64,000 bases of DNA from Pelomyxa schiedti (taxonomy: Eukaryota; Protista; Evosea): NCBI GenBank assembly GCA_020536535.1, contig JAHLWZ010000805.1:62001-126000 (forward strand). Reading direction: 5' to 3'. The position numbers and the translations under genes are program-made. The notes beneath the pieces are model-generated. The model saw nothing but the letters and a program-made list of their open reading frames with translations. It was not told the DNA's origin and made no database searches. Each line of letters begins with the position of its first letter. The first letter of the stretch is position 1. Of this stretch, positions 22,648-34,100 are shown piece after piece.

Positions 22648-25600
22648 ATGGCTCTCCGTAGCCACGGTATCCTCGTCGTCATTGCGTTTTCATTCCTCGT
22701 CGCTTGCACATCTTCGCAGTGCTCGCCAACATCGTCAGTCCCCCTCCTCAACGTCATCGCCACCCTCAATCCCGTAATTTCCTCCACGGCCGGCGAAGCC
22801 CTACCCGTCATTGTAGATGGCGGCAGCGCCGAGCCCGATTTCGACATTTCGCGCGTCGATCTGACGCCCGTCGCCGCGTCGGGTTTTCAGCGAAGCGTCA
22901 CGATTTCGTGGTGGTTTTCAAACGACACATCTTCATGTAATAACTCTGGTTCTGATGCATCACCTAATGATGTGGAATTTGCTGGCTCTTTTGGCTATTC
23001 ATCTTCCTGGGTTCTATCTGCTTATTCTTCTCTGCCTCCTGTGGCAGGCCTGGAGGTCACAATGCCTGACTCTGGGGTCATAATCAACACTACTACAGTG
23101 ACTGTCACTGGTTTGCAGCAGACCGGAACTTCCTTCGCTTACTCCCAGGAAACTGCACTCTCTTTTGATGTGGGAGTGGAATGTGACGCGGATTTCATTG
23201 CTGCCGTGGAAATCCATCTCGCATACGCGGCCAGTTACACAGGGGAAACTTCGGCCGCGAGTCCACCTCCTTCAATTGCATCATTCGCAGTAAGATGGCA
23301 GTGTGCTGCACGTGGGTGCCTTGCTTGGTGTGGAGATTGGGTTGAGGATTGCTACGATTACTGTGGCGATCACGGGACTTGCAACCACGATGCTGGCACG
23401 TGCATATGCGACTCTGGCTGGGTGGGACCTTTTTGTGGTTTAGTTCTTGAGACGCCGGAGACCCTCTGCCCAAACGAACTCTTATTCCTCACCTATAACA
23501 TACCGTATGTACCCAAACTCCCAAAATAAGATATCAGTGTGTGTTCCTAACCTCGGGCCTCTGCAGTCCTACCATTGTTGGATACCCGAAAGCACTTGAA
23601 CTGCTGTGGACGGGGCTCAAAGTCCCATCTGATCTGTTCTACACAGAATGGCATTACTTTGTCACTGGGAGTACAGCAACACCTGATCCTTCTGATCCCC
23701 TTATTGAAACCGGATTGGTAGGAAGCGGCTATGTTCTAACCCCATTGCGGCCAGCTATATATAGGCTCATTGTAGCTTCAGATGCTGATACCTCACGAGA
23801 TTACTACATTAAATATTTTGTGGTCAAGACGTGGGAAGAGTGTGGTTTCGCGTTGTGCTCTGACAGTGGGAACAACACTTGCAATAGTGGACAAGGCTGG
23901 GGTACCTGTAAAAGTGGCACTTGTGCCTGTGCGCAAGGAAGGTTTTGGAATGATTGTTCTCGCGGCTGCTCAAAATACAGCACTGTTACTAGTAAATCCG
24001 CGCAAATCCAGAGTGATTTTCCACCCAGTGGACTGATTGAGGATATGCTATATGCAAACTCTGCCAACTGTAATTGGGTTATCGCTCCAGGGGACAACAC
24101 TGATGTCATTGTATTAAACTTCACCTACGTCTGGATAGATCCTGCTGATACACTTTCAGTTTATCTAGTTGGACCAGATGGGGATACTGGGGATTTAATA
24201 ACAACAGTATCAACGCCACTGTTATTGACAGTTTTAAAAAGTTCGGTAATCATTCAATTACGCTCCGATTACGAAGCTGCCAGCCATGGTTTTGTGCTTA
24301 CTTACACTTCCAAAGTCAACCCTTTATTGGATCCCAAAGATTCTGCCATTGTCATCGCTGTTTCAGCTGCAGTTGGAACTATTATCATCCTGAGCATTTC
24401 CATTTCTTTAAGTTGCTATATAATTAAGCAAAGGAAGAAAAAACTGAGAGAGCAACAGAATGCCCCAGCAGAAAGTCTACCAGCAGAAGAAATAAGCCAA
24501 TCTATCCGACGCACTCTCGCCGAGGTTAACAAAGACTTGAAAAAGGTTCACATGGAGGTTGACAGGGTTACATTCAACTTTGGTGTGACTGAGGGAAGTA
24601 CATGCGAGGTCCTGCAGAATTTAAAAGACGAGATCATTCTTAGAAACAATGGTGGACAGCCTGTGCTTTACTGTTTCTATGTTCCCCGTATTGAGCACAA
24701 GTTGGAATTCAACATGTGCCCTGGGAAAGGTCGAATTGATCCCCATCGTGAAATGAAGATAGAGGCAGTTGTCAAGCTTCTCCTCACAACACGCATTGAA
24801 AGTAACATGAAGCTTGAAATAACAAGAGGTGGTGATGGAATTTCTACCCTGTTGCCTTTTAGAATTGAGGGAATGCTGTCATCAAGGCTTGACCCTGATG
24901 AGATCATGCTCAATCACACACCATTGGCTGCTGGTGCTTTTGGGTACCTTAACACCCATTCTACTGTGTGTCTGATTACATTTCACCAGGTCGGTATTCC
25001 AGGGAGTATATAGATCTCAGTTAGTGGCCGCTAAGGTATTAAAGCACCAAGAAGCCTTTTTTGAAAATGGTAGTTCCCTTTACCTGACCTACTGATCAAC
25101 AAATTCCAAAGAATTTGCTGAATTTGACGCCGAATGCACCTTGCTCAAACAGTTAAGACACCCAAACGTTGTAGGTTTTGTTGGAGCTTCTTATGTAACT
25201 GGTAGGATATTGACAATTGGTTTTTTCCCCTAATACTCCAATAGGCAAATTATGTATCTGTACTGAGTTCATGGACATGGGAAGTCTCGAAAAATACCTT
25301 CAAAGTGACCAAGACATCCTTTACGCTTTGATTCTGAAGTTTGCCTTAAATACCGCTGAGGCTATGGCGTACATACACAGCAATAAAATTCTTTACAGTT
25401 TGCTTTGTCGCCATTATCACCTTATCTCACTTTACCAAAGGGGATTTAAAGTGTTCCAATATTTTGTTGGTTTCTGATGATCTAGAAGCAAGTGTGAATT
25501 GCAAGCTCTCAGGTACATTCCAACCCCAATACGGTGGCCTCTCCCTTACAGCTTCTCCCAGACTTCGGAACCTCCAGAAGTGTTGAAGATCCAGGTATTT

Positions 25601-26954
25601 TCCCTTCACTCTTCTTCTGCTTATGTTCTTCTTACCTTTTGCAGATGAAATAATACGAAGAACATCTGGTAAGGGCACAGCAATTTATATGGTAATGGAA
25701 CGCGAAGGTAAATTCACAGTCTAATAACCTCCAACAGGCACCAGAGCTTCTAGGACACCTTCCCTATAACTCCAAGGTTCTCTTCCACATTTTATTTGCC
25801 CACCCAAATCCACTCCATTAAATAAATAATAAATAATAAATACCTCAATCACAAATCAAAGAACATTGCACTCCCACAATTCTCACCCACCACCCAAGGT
25901 TGATGTATTTAGCTTTGGAGTCTGCCTCTGGGAAATGTGGTACCGCACCGAGCCGTGGGAAGAGCTGATGTGCTGGGATGTGCCCAAGACGGTGATGGCC
26001 GGCAACAGGCCCCCGGTGGACGAGGACATACCCCCAGAGTACAGCGCCCTGATGACCCAGTGCTGGGAGCAGAGCGCCGAGTCACGGCCCGACTTCAAGG
26101 CCGTCGCGGCGACGCTGGCGAGCCTGTACCAGGCCGAGAAGGCACAGATGGACGAGCTACGCATGCAGCAGCAGAAGGAAGACAGGAAGAACAGGAAGAA
26201 GAACAAGAAGAAGCACCACAAACACGGCAAGGACAAGGACAAAAAGAAGGGGAAGGAGGAGAAACACAAGAAGGGCAAGGCGAAAAAAGGCTCTGATTCG
26301 GATGATGATGATGATGATGAAGCAGAGGCACACACGGGGCCCACTGCAAGCTCAAGCAAGGCTGACTTGAAAAATGCAGGGGAAGGTACTCCAGTGAGTG
26401 ATGGTGAGGAAAACAGCAGTAGAAGAAGGAAGACAAGGAAAGGAAAGGATAAGAGCGATGCTGAAAGTGGGGCCGGGTCCGCAGAGGAGAAGGCAAGAGG
26501 AGGCAGTGAGAGTGGCAAAAGTAGGAACAGCTCAGGAAACAGCAAGCACCACCATCGCAGAAAGAAGGCCAGGACAAGAAGTGACTTGAGAATTGTCAGG
26601 GTGCCAAGTAAAGTAGACTTGGCTGGGCACAAGAAAAGTGCCAGCAAACTTGACCTCAATCTAGACACTTCTAGCTTCTTGAGGACTGCAAGTAGAACTG
26701 GCAATGAAGGAGAAGGAGGCATTCACAAGAGCTCAAGTAAATTGGAAATTGCAGATCTGATCCAAAAGACTCCTGAGATAGTGTCCTCTTTCATTGGGTT
26801 GAAGAAGAGCTCAAGCAAGCCAGACCTATCATCCACACCTGTTTTGGAGGACAATACAACCGGTGCATCTGCAAAGAAGGGAAATCGAAGGTTTCAGCAC
26901 AGAGCCGCACTATCAAACACAGTGGAAATGAGCACGCTCAAACACTACGAGTAA
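22648..26954 (+). CDS. Receptor-type TKL kinase 2, tandem paralog of kinase 1, with Lys/Asp/Ser-rich tail
   Basis: Same domain order (CGDHGTC..GWVGPFC; CUB ANCNWVIAP..GFVLTY; TM AIVIAVSAAVGTIIILSISI; SSRLDPDE; AAGAFG; VAAKVLK; ILY|RDLKCSN; |DFGTSR; GTAIYM|APE; KVDVFSFGVCLWE), with kinase-domain introns at equivalent positions. Confidence 0.9.
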
Positions 26955-27213
26955 TCTCGATCGAGTTCTATTGTCAATGTTGTAAATTTTTTTTTCAAAA
27001 AACCTGTTAAACTTTTATCTGAGACAGAAACTGTACTTTTTTTTGTGCTTTGTAGTTGGGTGCAAATAAAGGCTAATGTTTGGAGGGTGTGCCTCCAAGT
27101 CGAAGGTTCTTGGTGAATTTTCCAAGTCCCCCAACAAAACCAGCCCCATAAGGCCTCTTCCCTGTTATTTCATTTGTCTTCCAGTGTTAGTGGTTACTAA
27201 AGGAATATGTCTG

Positions 27214-28995
27214 TTATACCTGTGCGTTAATGCTGACTTGATAGAGTGTGTTATTGTATTTGTAAGTACAAATGTAAACTGGAAAATAAACAAGAACAGC
27301 TCTGACGTCATCAAAGGAAGTTACCCAGTCGAACTGGAGGAAGCACTTCAACACCACAGAAATATACATTAAGGGAAAATACCTCTTTGGATGAGTCATC
27401 TATCAAACGTTTGCACTGATCTATTAGAACAGCTTTTGTAAATGGCTGGCATTTCTGCTGCCACGCCTCATCACAGGTCACACCCACTTCAGCTAATTGC
27501 ATAGGCGGGTCCCCCTAAGGTGTTGAGTAGGGTTACATGGAAGAGGATGGAAAACCCGGGTGAAGTAGTAGTTTTTTGGGTCTGTTGTTCCTAGGCTACA
27601 AATTAATAATGCATCCCCTTCAGCTTTATCAGAGCTTGGAAAGGTAGATGGGGAGCTTTGTTGATGGTCAGAAGGAATGACCTTCCAGCGAGTTGTTGTA
27701 TGTGCACTTGCGTGAGTATTTGTGGCTGGATTTTCGTATGATTTGGTTCCTAGAACCCATTCTAGTACACAATTGTGCAATGGCTGTGAAAATGGTAAAA
27801 AAAATTGAAAGAGGATAGCTACTACATGGGCAACATGTTCTAAAGAAAAGTTCCAGTTTCGGAAATGTTTGTCAAAGTGTGCCCTGATATCTGGAAGGGC
27901 ATGTGCACAAGAGTATATATTATAACACTAATAGGATTAAGTTACATCCTAGAAAAAGAGTCATACAACAACGGAGAGAGACGAGTGTTGTGGAGTCATG
28001 TTCTCAGATGAACCAATCATGTAGCTGAATTTAACAAATGCATTGCAGCTGGAGATGTTGAGGTTTGGATAACCTTACTATCTAAGAACCTAAATACCCA
28101 ATACGGGACAAGAACTGCAGACTAGGCGAGTTAGGACCGAAATATGAGAGGCTAAAGGTACCTGTTCCTCTATGGATACTTTTTGTGTCAGACTGTATTG
28201 AAAATAAGAATTATAAAAGGAAATGTGCACTTGAGGTTTACTCAGAAGGAGTCATCCATAGAGTTTTCAGCCAGTTAAAGATAATATTTGCTGGAGGAGT
28301 TGGCCGAGAGCAGGGAGGCAAGAACTGAATTGGTAAGTGCTTGTTGTTGCTGTGAATTCACTCACGAGAACAGGGGTCTTTTGAAGGGGAATATGAGAGC
28401 AGAATGAGTTTGTATCTGTAGTGTCACTTTCCCACCACTGAGCCCCAGAGGATACAGGCCCTCGGCCTCGTAATACTGGTGGAGGATACAAACGTAACTA
28501 GAGCCTTGAATTAGATGTGGAAAGGATTCGAGGTTTACCGGGTCCAGAATAACAGGTAATGGAGGATATGGAACAGGAATTTTCGAAAACGGGGTGGGTA
28601 AATCTTTTGCAGATTCATAATACGGCCCATTTATCTTACAACCACGCTCTTTTTTTTGTATGTTGTTAGGTGTCAGATAAAAACGAGTATTCGAGTCTAA
28701 ACACGGTGGGGACAAACGCATTTCTTCCAAAGTGGGTCTTTTCCTGAAGGGAACAACAGACCAGCACACACTGCACGTAATACCAGTTGCATTAAAGTTT
28801 TCTGTAGCAAGTGTCAAAAAACTAGCCTTCCTTCGCTTTGGGAGAGGCAGGCAGACCAAAAGATGTCAAACAGTCCATGCAAAAAGTGTGCCCGCATCCG
28901 GGCAACACCCTGGGATTTTTAAACGGGCACTCGCACAGGTTGCATATTCCATCCACCGTTCGTAATCCCTCCACCGTCTTTCCAGTGCTATGCAT
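27214..28995 (-). CDS. N-terminal RING-HC zinc-finger protein (probable E3 ligase); C-terminal exons not assigned
   Basis: MHSTGKT..CNLCECPFKNPRVLPGCGHTFCMDCLTSF|ENFNATGITCSVC after removing one ~55-nt intron gives a canonical C3HC4. The 3' end is a guess. Confidence 0.6.
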
Positions 28996-29126
28996 CCCCT
29001 GTCGTTTCCACGCACCCCACCACAAACCAGTTTTTTTGTGAAATTATGAGCAAAAATGAAAACCTCGAAGTGCCCCGTGACAAGGCAGGGGTTTTACTTT
29101 TTTTTTCTTTTTTTTTTTGATGCGTG

Positions 29127-31030
29127 TCAACTTATGGTTTCAAGTTCTATGGACTCCTTGGTTTGCTCTTCTTCTGCTTGTTTGCTTTTTTCTGTTATGT
29201 TGACATAGTCCTCCAATCCTTGCTTGGCCAATTTTGATGCTTTTTCTGCAATGGCATCCCACTTGATGAGGAAAAGCCTTGTCAAGAAGGACAGCCACTG
29301 GCAAAAAACGCCAGCGGCCAGGCCAACGAACACACTGTCTATTCCAAATTCCACAACAAATGCCAGAACGCAGGCCAATGGAATTCCAATAACATAGAAG
29401 CATATAACGTTGCATGCGGCACCGTAGAGCTGAAGTCCGCAACCCCGCAAAGTGCCTCCAATAAACACTTGCATACCGTCGAAAAGTTCCAGCAATATCA
29501 TAAACGGAAAGGATGCGATAATAGCTTTCTCAACGAGGTCCTCTCGAATATTTGAGCTACTGATAGAGCTTTGGCTCCCAGTGATGTTGTCTCCCATTGT
29601 GAAAAGTGCAGCAAGTTGATAGCGAAGGAAAAATGCCGTTGCTAATTCAATAGCAGTGCACGAGTATGACAGGACTTGTATTCAAGGAGTAAGAAAAGAG
29701 TAAAGATATATTAAGTCATACCCAGAAGGAAACGAGAGACGAATTTTGCCAGAATCGGCTTTTGTGCGCCGAGATTGTTTCCAACACATATGCCACTTAC
29801 AACACCCACACTCATTGGTACGGTCCACATAAGAGTCAAAATGTTGTATAAAACTGTATAAACAGAGAGTTCCACAACCCCAAGCAAACCAGCGATAACA
29901 GCAAGTATCTACCAATGATGAGGAAGGGAGTGAAATATTTGATAACTGAGATACTTCGTATCCCCACCAACTCGCACATATCATGAGGTATCCAGGAATG
30001 GCCAATCTCATAACTTCTTTCCATTCTGAAAAAAAAAGTTCCCTCAATGTGTTTCTTTCAAGTGCAATCACATCGACCCGGGCTCTTGTCAACAGAGTAA
30101 AAATAAGAAGGAAGATCAGGTTGATTCCATATGATACAGATAACGCCATAGGGATTCCAACAAAGCCCAAATCCAACACCCGTGGTGATGTGAATAGCCA
30201 ATCCATAAGCACTGTGCTGCCAAGAGCGATGAAGGTTGCACACATTGGAACAACAGCGTGACCTGTAGCAAACAGCACTCTACGCAGTGCTTCACTCCAA
30301 AACATTGGTAAACCACCAGCAAGGAATATCCTCGTGAAAGTGGTACAGTGTTCACAAACGGCCGGGTCAATTCCACAAAGGGCAAGGATTTTGCCTGAGA
30401 ATATCCACAAGGGAGATATGAGAGCCATGTAGAGAGACATCAATACAATCCCCTTTAGCATAATCAGGAATACCTGAATGGCAATGAAGTCGTGAGCTGA
30501 CCCCTCTCTAGCTTGCTGCAAGCTAGAGATTCAGCAATACATTTTTGAACACTGTTATTGTAGTATGTATTGAACATGAAAAAATGCTAATGCTCCAACC
30601 AACCCGTTTCGAATTTTTTGCGCCGTGAGCTTGAGAACAAAGAGTGTCCATTGCAGTTGCAATTCCAAAAGCACCAGCCACACCAGTCACATTGACAACC
30701 ATTTGGCCAAGCCCAATTCCCCCAAAGCAGTATCCCCCAATGTCCCAACAAAAATCTGACTCACATTAAGTTCTAGAGGTCCAAAAAAAAAAAAAAAAAA
30801 AAAAAGCCGGCACCACACACCATATTTACAGTCGATACACCGAACGTAACGAGATTAGTAATCACGATCGGCACCCACAATCTAAACGCGCGCAACACTT
30901 CCCCCTTGGCACCAGCCGGAAGAGCCGGCATCTGCACCAAACGCCACACACGTTCTGTTTTGTACAGAGATACGAGTTCTTCTGTTTTCTGAGAGACTGT
31001 CTGTTCCAATCTCCAAGTGCCCTGGTCCAT
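29127..31030 (-). CDS. MATE family multidrug/toxin efflux transporter
   Basis: WVPIVITNL, WSEALRRVLFATGHA, LAIPGYLMICASWWGYEV, VGNNLGAQKP, FDGMQVFIGGTLRGCG, NVICFYVIGIPLA. Confidence 0.9.
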
Positions 31031-31194
31031 CCAGTCGCAGTTGTGGATGGGAGCACCACAACATCACATGGGGGAATCATTGCTAAGGAGGAGTTGATCT
31101 TTGGTCAAGGTCCCAGTCCGAAACTCAGTGATCTTGTTGGCTCTGCGATTGTGCATTTTCGAAAAAAACAAACCAAAAAAACAAAGCCGAAGCA

Positions 31195-34100
31195 ATGTAC
31201 ACCAGGGCAGTGCGGGTCGTGGATCTGGAGACATGTGACGGTGTTGGCTTCCACGTGGGTGCGGATACGGATCTGGCGTTTTTACTGTTCAAGCCGGTGT
31301 CTTTCTTGTCGCGGCATATTTCCGGAAATGCTAAGATCTCCACGGCTGCACTGCTCACACGACATCACCCTATATTGTTTACGAACTACGCTCCTAAGGA
31401 CGCTTCGTTGCGGTCATCGTCTTCGTTGGGATCTCCTTCTTCCAGAGCATTCAGAGCCTTGAAGTGGTGCGAACCTGGCTCGGGGTACCAGTGTTGCCCA
31501 TTTTATGCGGAGTTGCGAGCTGATAGGCCTGGATTCTTCGAGTTTCGCGTTGTTTGCTCTTGTGAGTGCCCGTCAGAGGAACTGCTTAATGGGAGTGGAG
31601 TGGTGCTCTCCCGATTCTTTTTACATGTTGACGACGTAGCACCCGCACTGACTCTTTCGTCACTACCGGCTATTACTCCACCGCTCCTTGCCCCCAGAAG
31701 TAGTTCTGCAACACAACGAAGTTCTTCAAATGGATGCCCACTTGCAGGAATGTCTGTGCAAACACTTATAGTCAAGTGCCTTGGCATCCTGAGTTCCTGG
31801 CCACAGCATTTCAGAACTGCAGCTGCATGTGGCTACACTGCTGTACATTTCACCCCAATTCAGGTGAATTCCTTCTTTAATTTCTATCCCTGTAACAGCT
31901 TGACAATAGCCCCGTGGCAGCTCTGACTCTTCCTACTGCATTTGCGACCAGCTGGGCATTGAGCCACGACTGTTTGAAGTACCCACTTCTGCAGAGGAAC
32001 GATTTCAGGAAGTCGAGAAAATGTTGACAAAAGCAAGAGAGGAGTACAACCTCGTGCCTCTGGTCGATGTCTTATTAAGCCATACGGCAGAAAACACTCT
32101 GTGGTTATCTGATCACCCTGACGCTGGCTTTTCCTTGAACTCTGCCCCTCATCTCAAGGTTGCCTTCTTTGCTTTCAGAGGGATGACTAAACGTATGCAG
32201 AAAGCGTTTGTACTTGACACTGCCCTCAAGCAGTTTACACACAACATCAAATCTGGTGTTCATGGTAGTATTGATATTAAAGTACCAGCAGACATTGACA
32301 ATCTCATTGCACTTTTTGTTAGCCATTATCTACCAAAAATCCGTAAGCTCCCTTTTAACTTTGACAATTTACATTTTCCAGGGCTTTGGGAATTCTATGT
32401 TTTAAATGCCAGGTTGGAAGTGGAAAATTTTTCCAAACTACATAGTCTAAACCATTTTTGTCATCCTCCTTCATCCCATTCAATTGGGGAAAAAACCCTT
32501 CAAGAGATACAAGGTCTCATTGTTCAGGTAACTGCTCTCTGATATTTTCCCTTTTATAACTCTCATTAGCACCCGGGAAATGGTCGCTTCATGAGACATA
32601 TTTCAAATGTTGAGGAAGCTATTAAAATTTGCCTCTCTGTTGAGGAATATGAAGAAGTTCTAAGCAAGCTCAACCTAGCATTGTACAGAGTCCTTTCTTA
32701 ATCATACACTTACTTTGATCCATAGCTATCAAGAGTATGACTCTGACATTAAAGAAGCCATGAACAACTTACGAAACCGTCTGGCTTATGACCACTTTGA
32801 TCCAAATGGTTTTGTTGTTACCCACCCATACAATACAAAATGACAAAAAAAAAAGGTCCACATCATTCAAACTTTCCCGTGATTCCACGGTATTTCAAGT
32901 TGATGTCTCCCACATCTCCATTTGACGTTAATCTTGTGGGTGATTTATCGGGTGTGATTGCACTTGCCCACCATGGTTTGTACTTCCAGCAAAAAAATCC
33001 AAATTACTGAGCATTTTCCTTCCAGGCTGGGTTATGAATGGTGAACTTATTTTTGGCACTAATGATTAATGAAGCTCACAACATCTAGATGATCCTGCTG
33101 TGGACTTTGCTGGTCCTCATCGAAAATGTTATTTGCACAGGCAAGTCAACGTGTGGGAGGTTTCTGACTCCAAATTTGGTTAAACAAGAATGATTAAAAA
33201 AAAGGATACAATCAAACTGCGTTATGGTGACTTCAACCCCCATGACAGCCAGCCACCATGGCTTTGGGATCATATGGCCAAGTGATGAACAAACTTCAAT
33301 AAAGATAACTGATAAACGTGCAGATATGTTACAGAAATGGCACAACTTTTCTCTGGATTTCGCATTGACAACTGCCACAGCGTGCCACTAGAGGTTCTGC
33401 GGTTCTTGATTGCTCGTGCAAGGTCAGTGAGGCCAGATTTGATCATTCTTGCGGAACTGTTTTCTACATCTCCCGAGGCTTTCCAGGCGTAAGTTTCAGG
33501 CACCAAAATGTCCGTCTCAAATCTATCAGCTATACAGGATCAATTGGTATTCATGGAATCCTGAAAGAAGGGACCCATTACCAATTACCAACTGCCATGT
33601 CTCATCTGTTGTTTGAAAGTGGAGGAGCACTCCTTGGTTTTGAAACAAATCACCTAATATATTCTCTAACGGTTTTGCAGGCCCGATGGGACAGCCACAA
33701 GAAAACTTTGGACCCAACCCCGCAAAACCCTATCCTGTTAAAGGTATGTTCTCTTAACTTTACTCCATTGACACATCATATAATAGGATGGGTCTTTGAC
33801 CTTACACATGACAATCCACCTGTATATCCTTCGACAAATTGTACAGTTTCACCCAGCCACTTTCAATCTTATCTAATCGTTACAGGTCTCGCTTTGGCTG
33901 CGGCTGTTTGCATGAGCAACAGTGTTACAGGTCTGAGTGCATGACGTATGACTATTCTTATCTTCCTTCAAAGGCTCTACAAGAGGATTTGATGAACTGT
34001 TTCCTTTCCATGTGAATGTTGTCACAGAGAAAAGACTCTATGCAATGTATGATTGGGATTTGAGTTCCACAGAGTGGCCAGGAATAACTTTAGCCAAAAC

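Noticed and set aside
28810-28859. Apparent frameshift splitting the RING finger (pseudogene)
   Set aside because: A ~55-nt GT-AG intron restores a canonical RING-HC.
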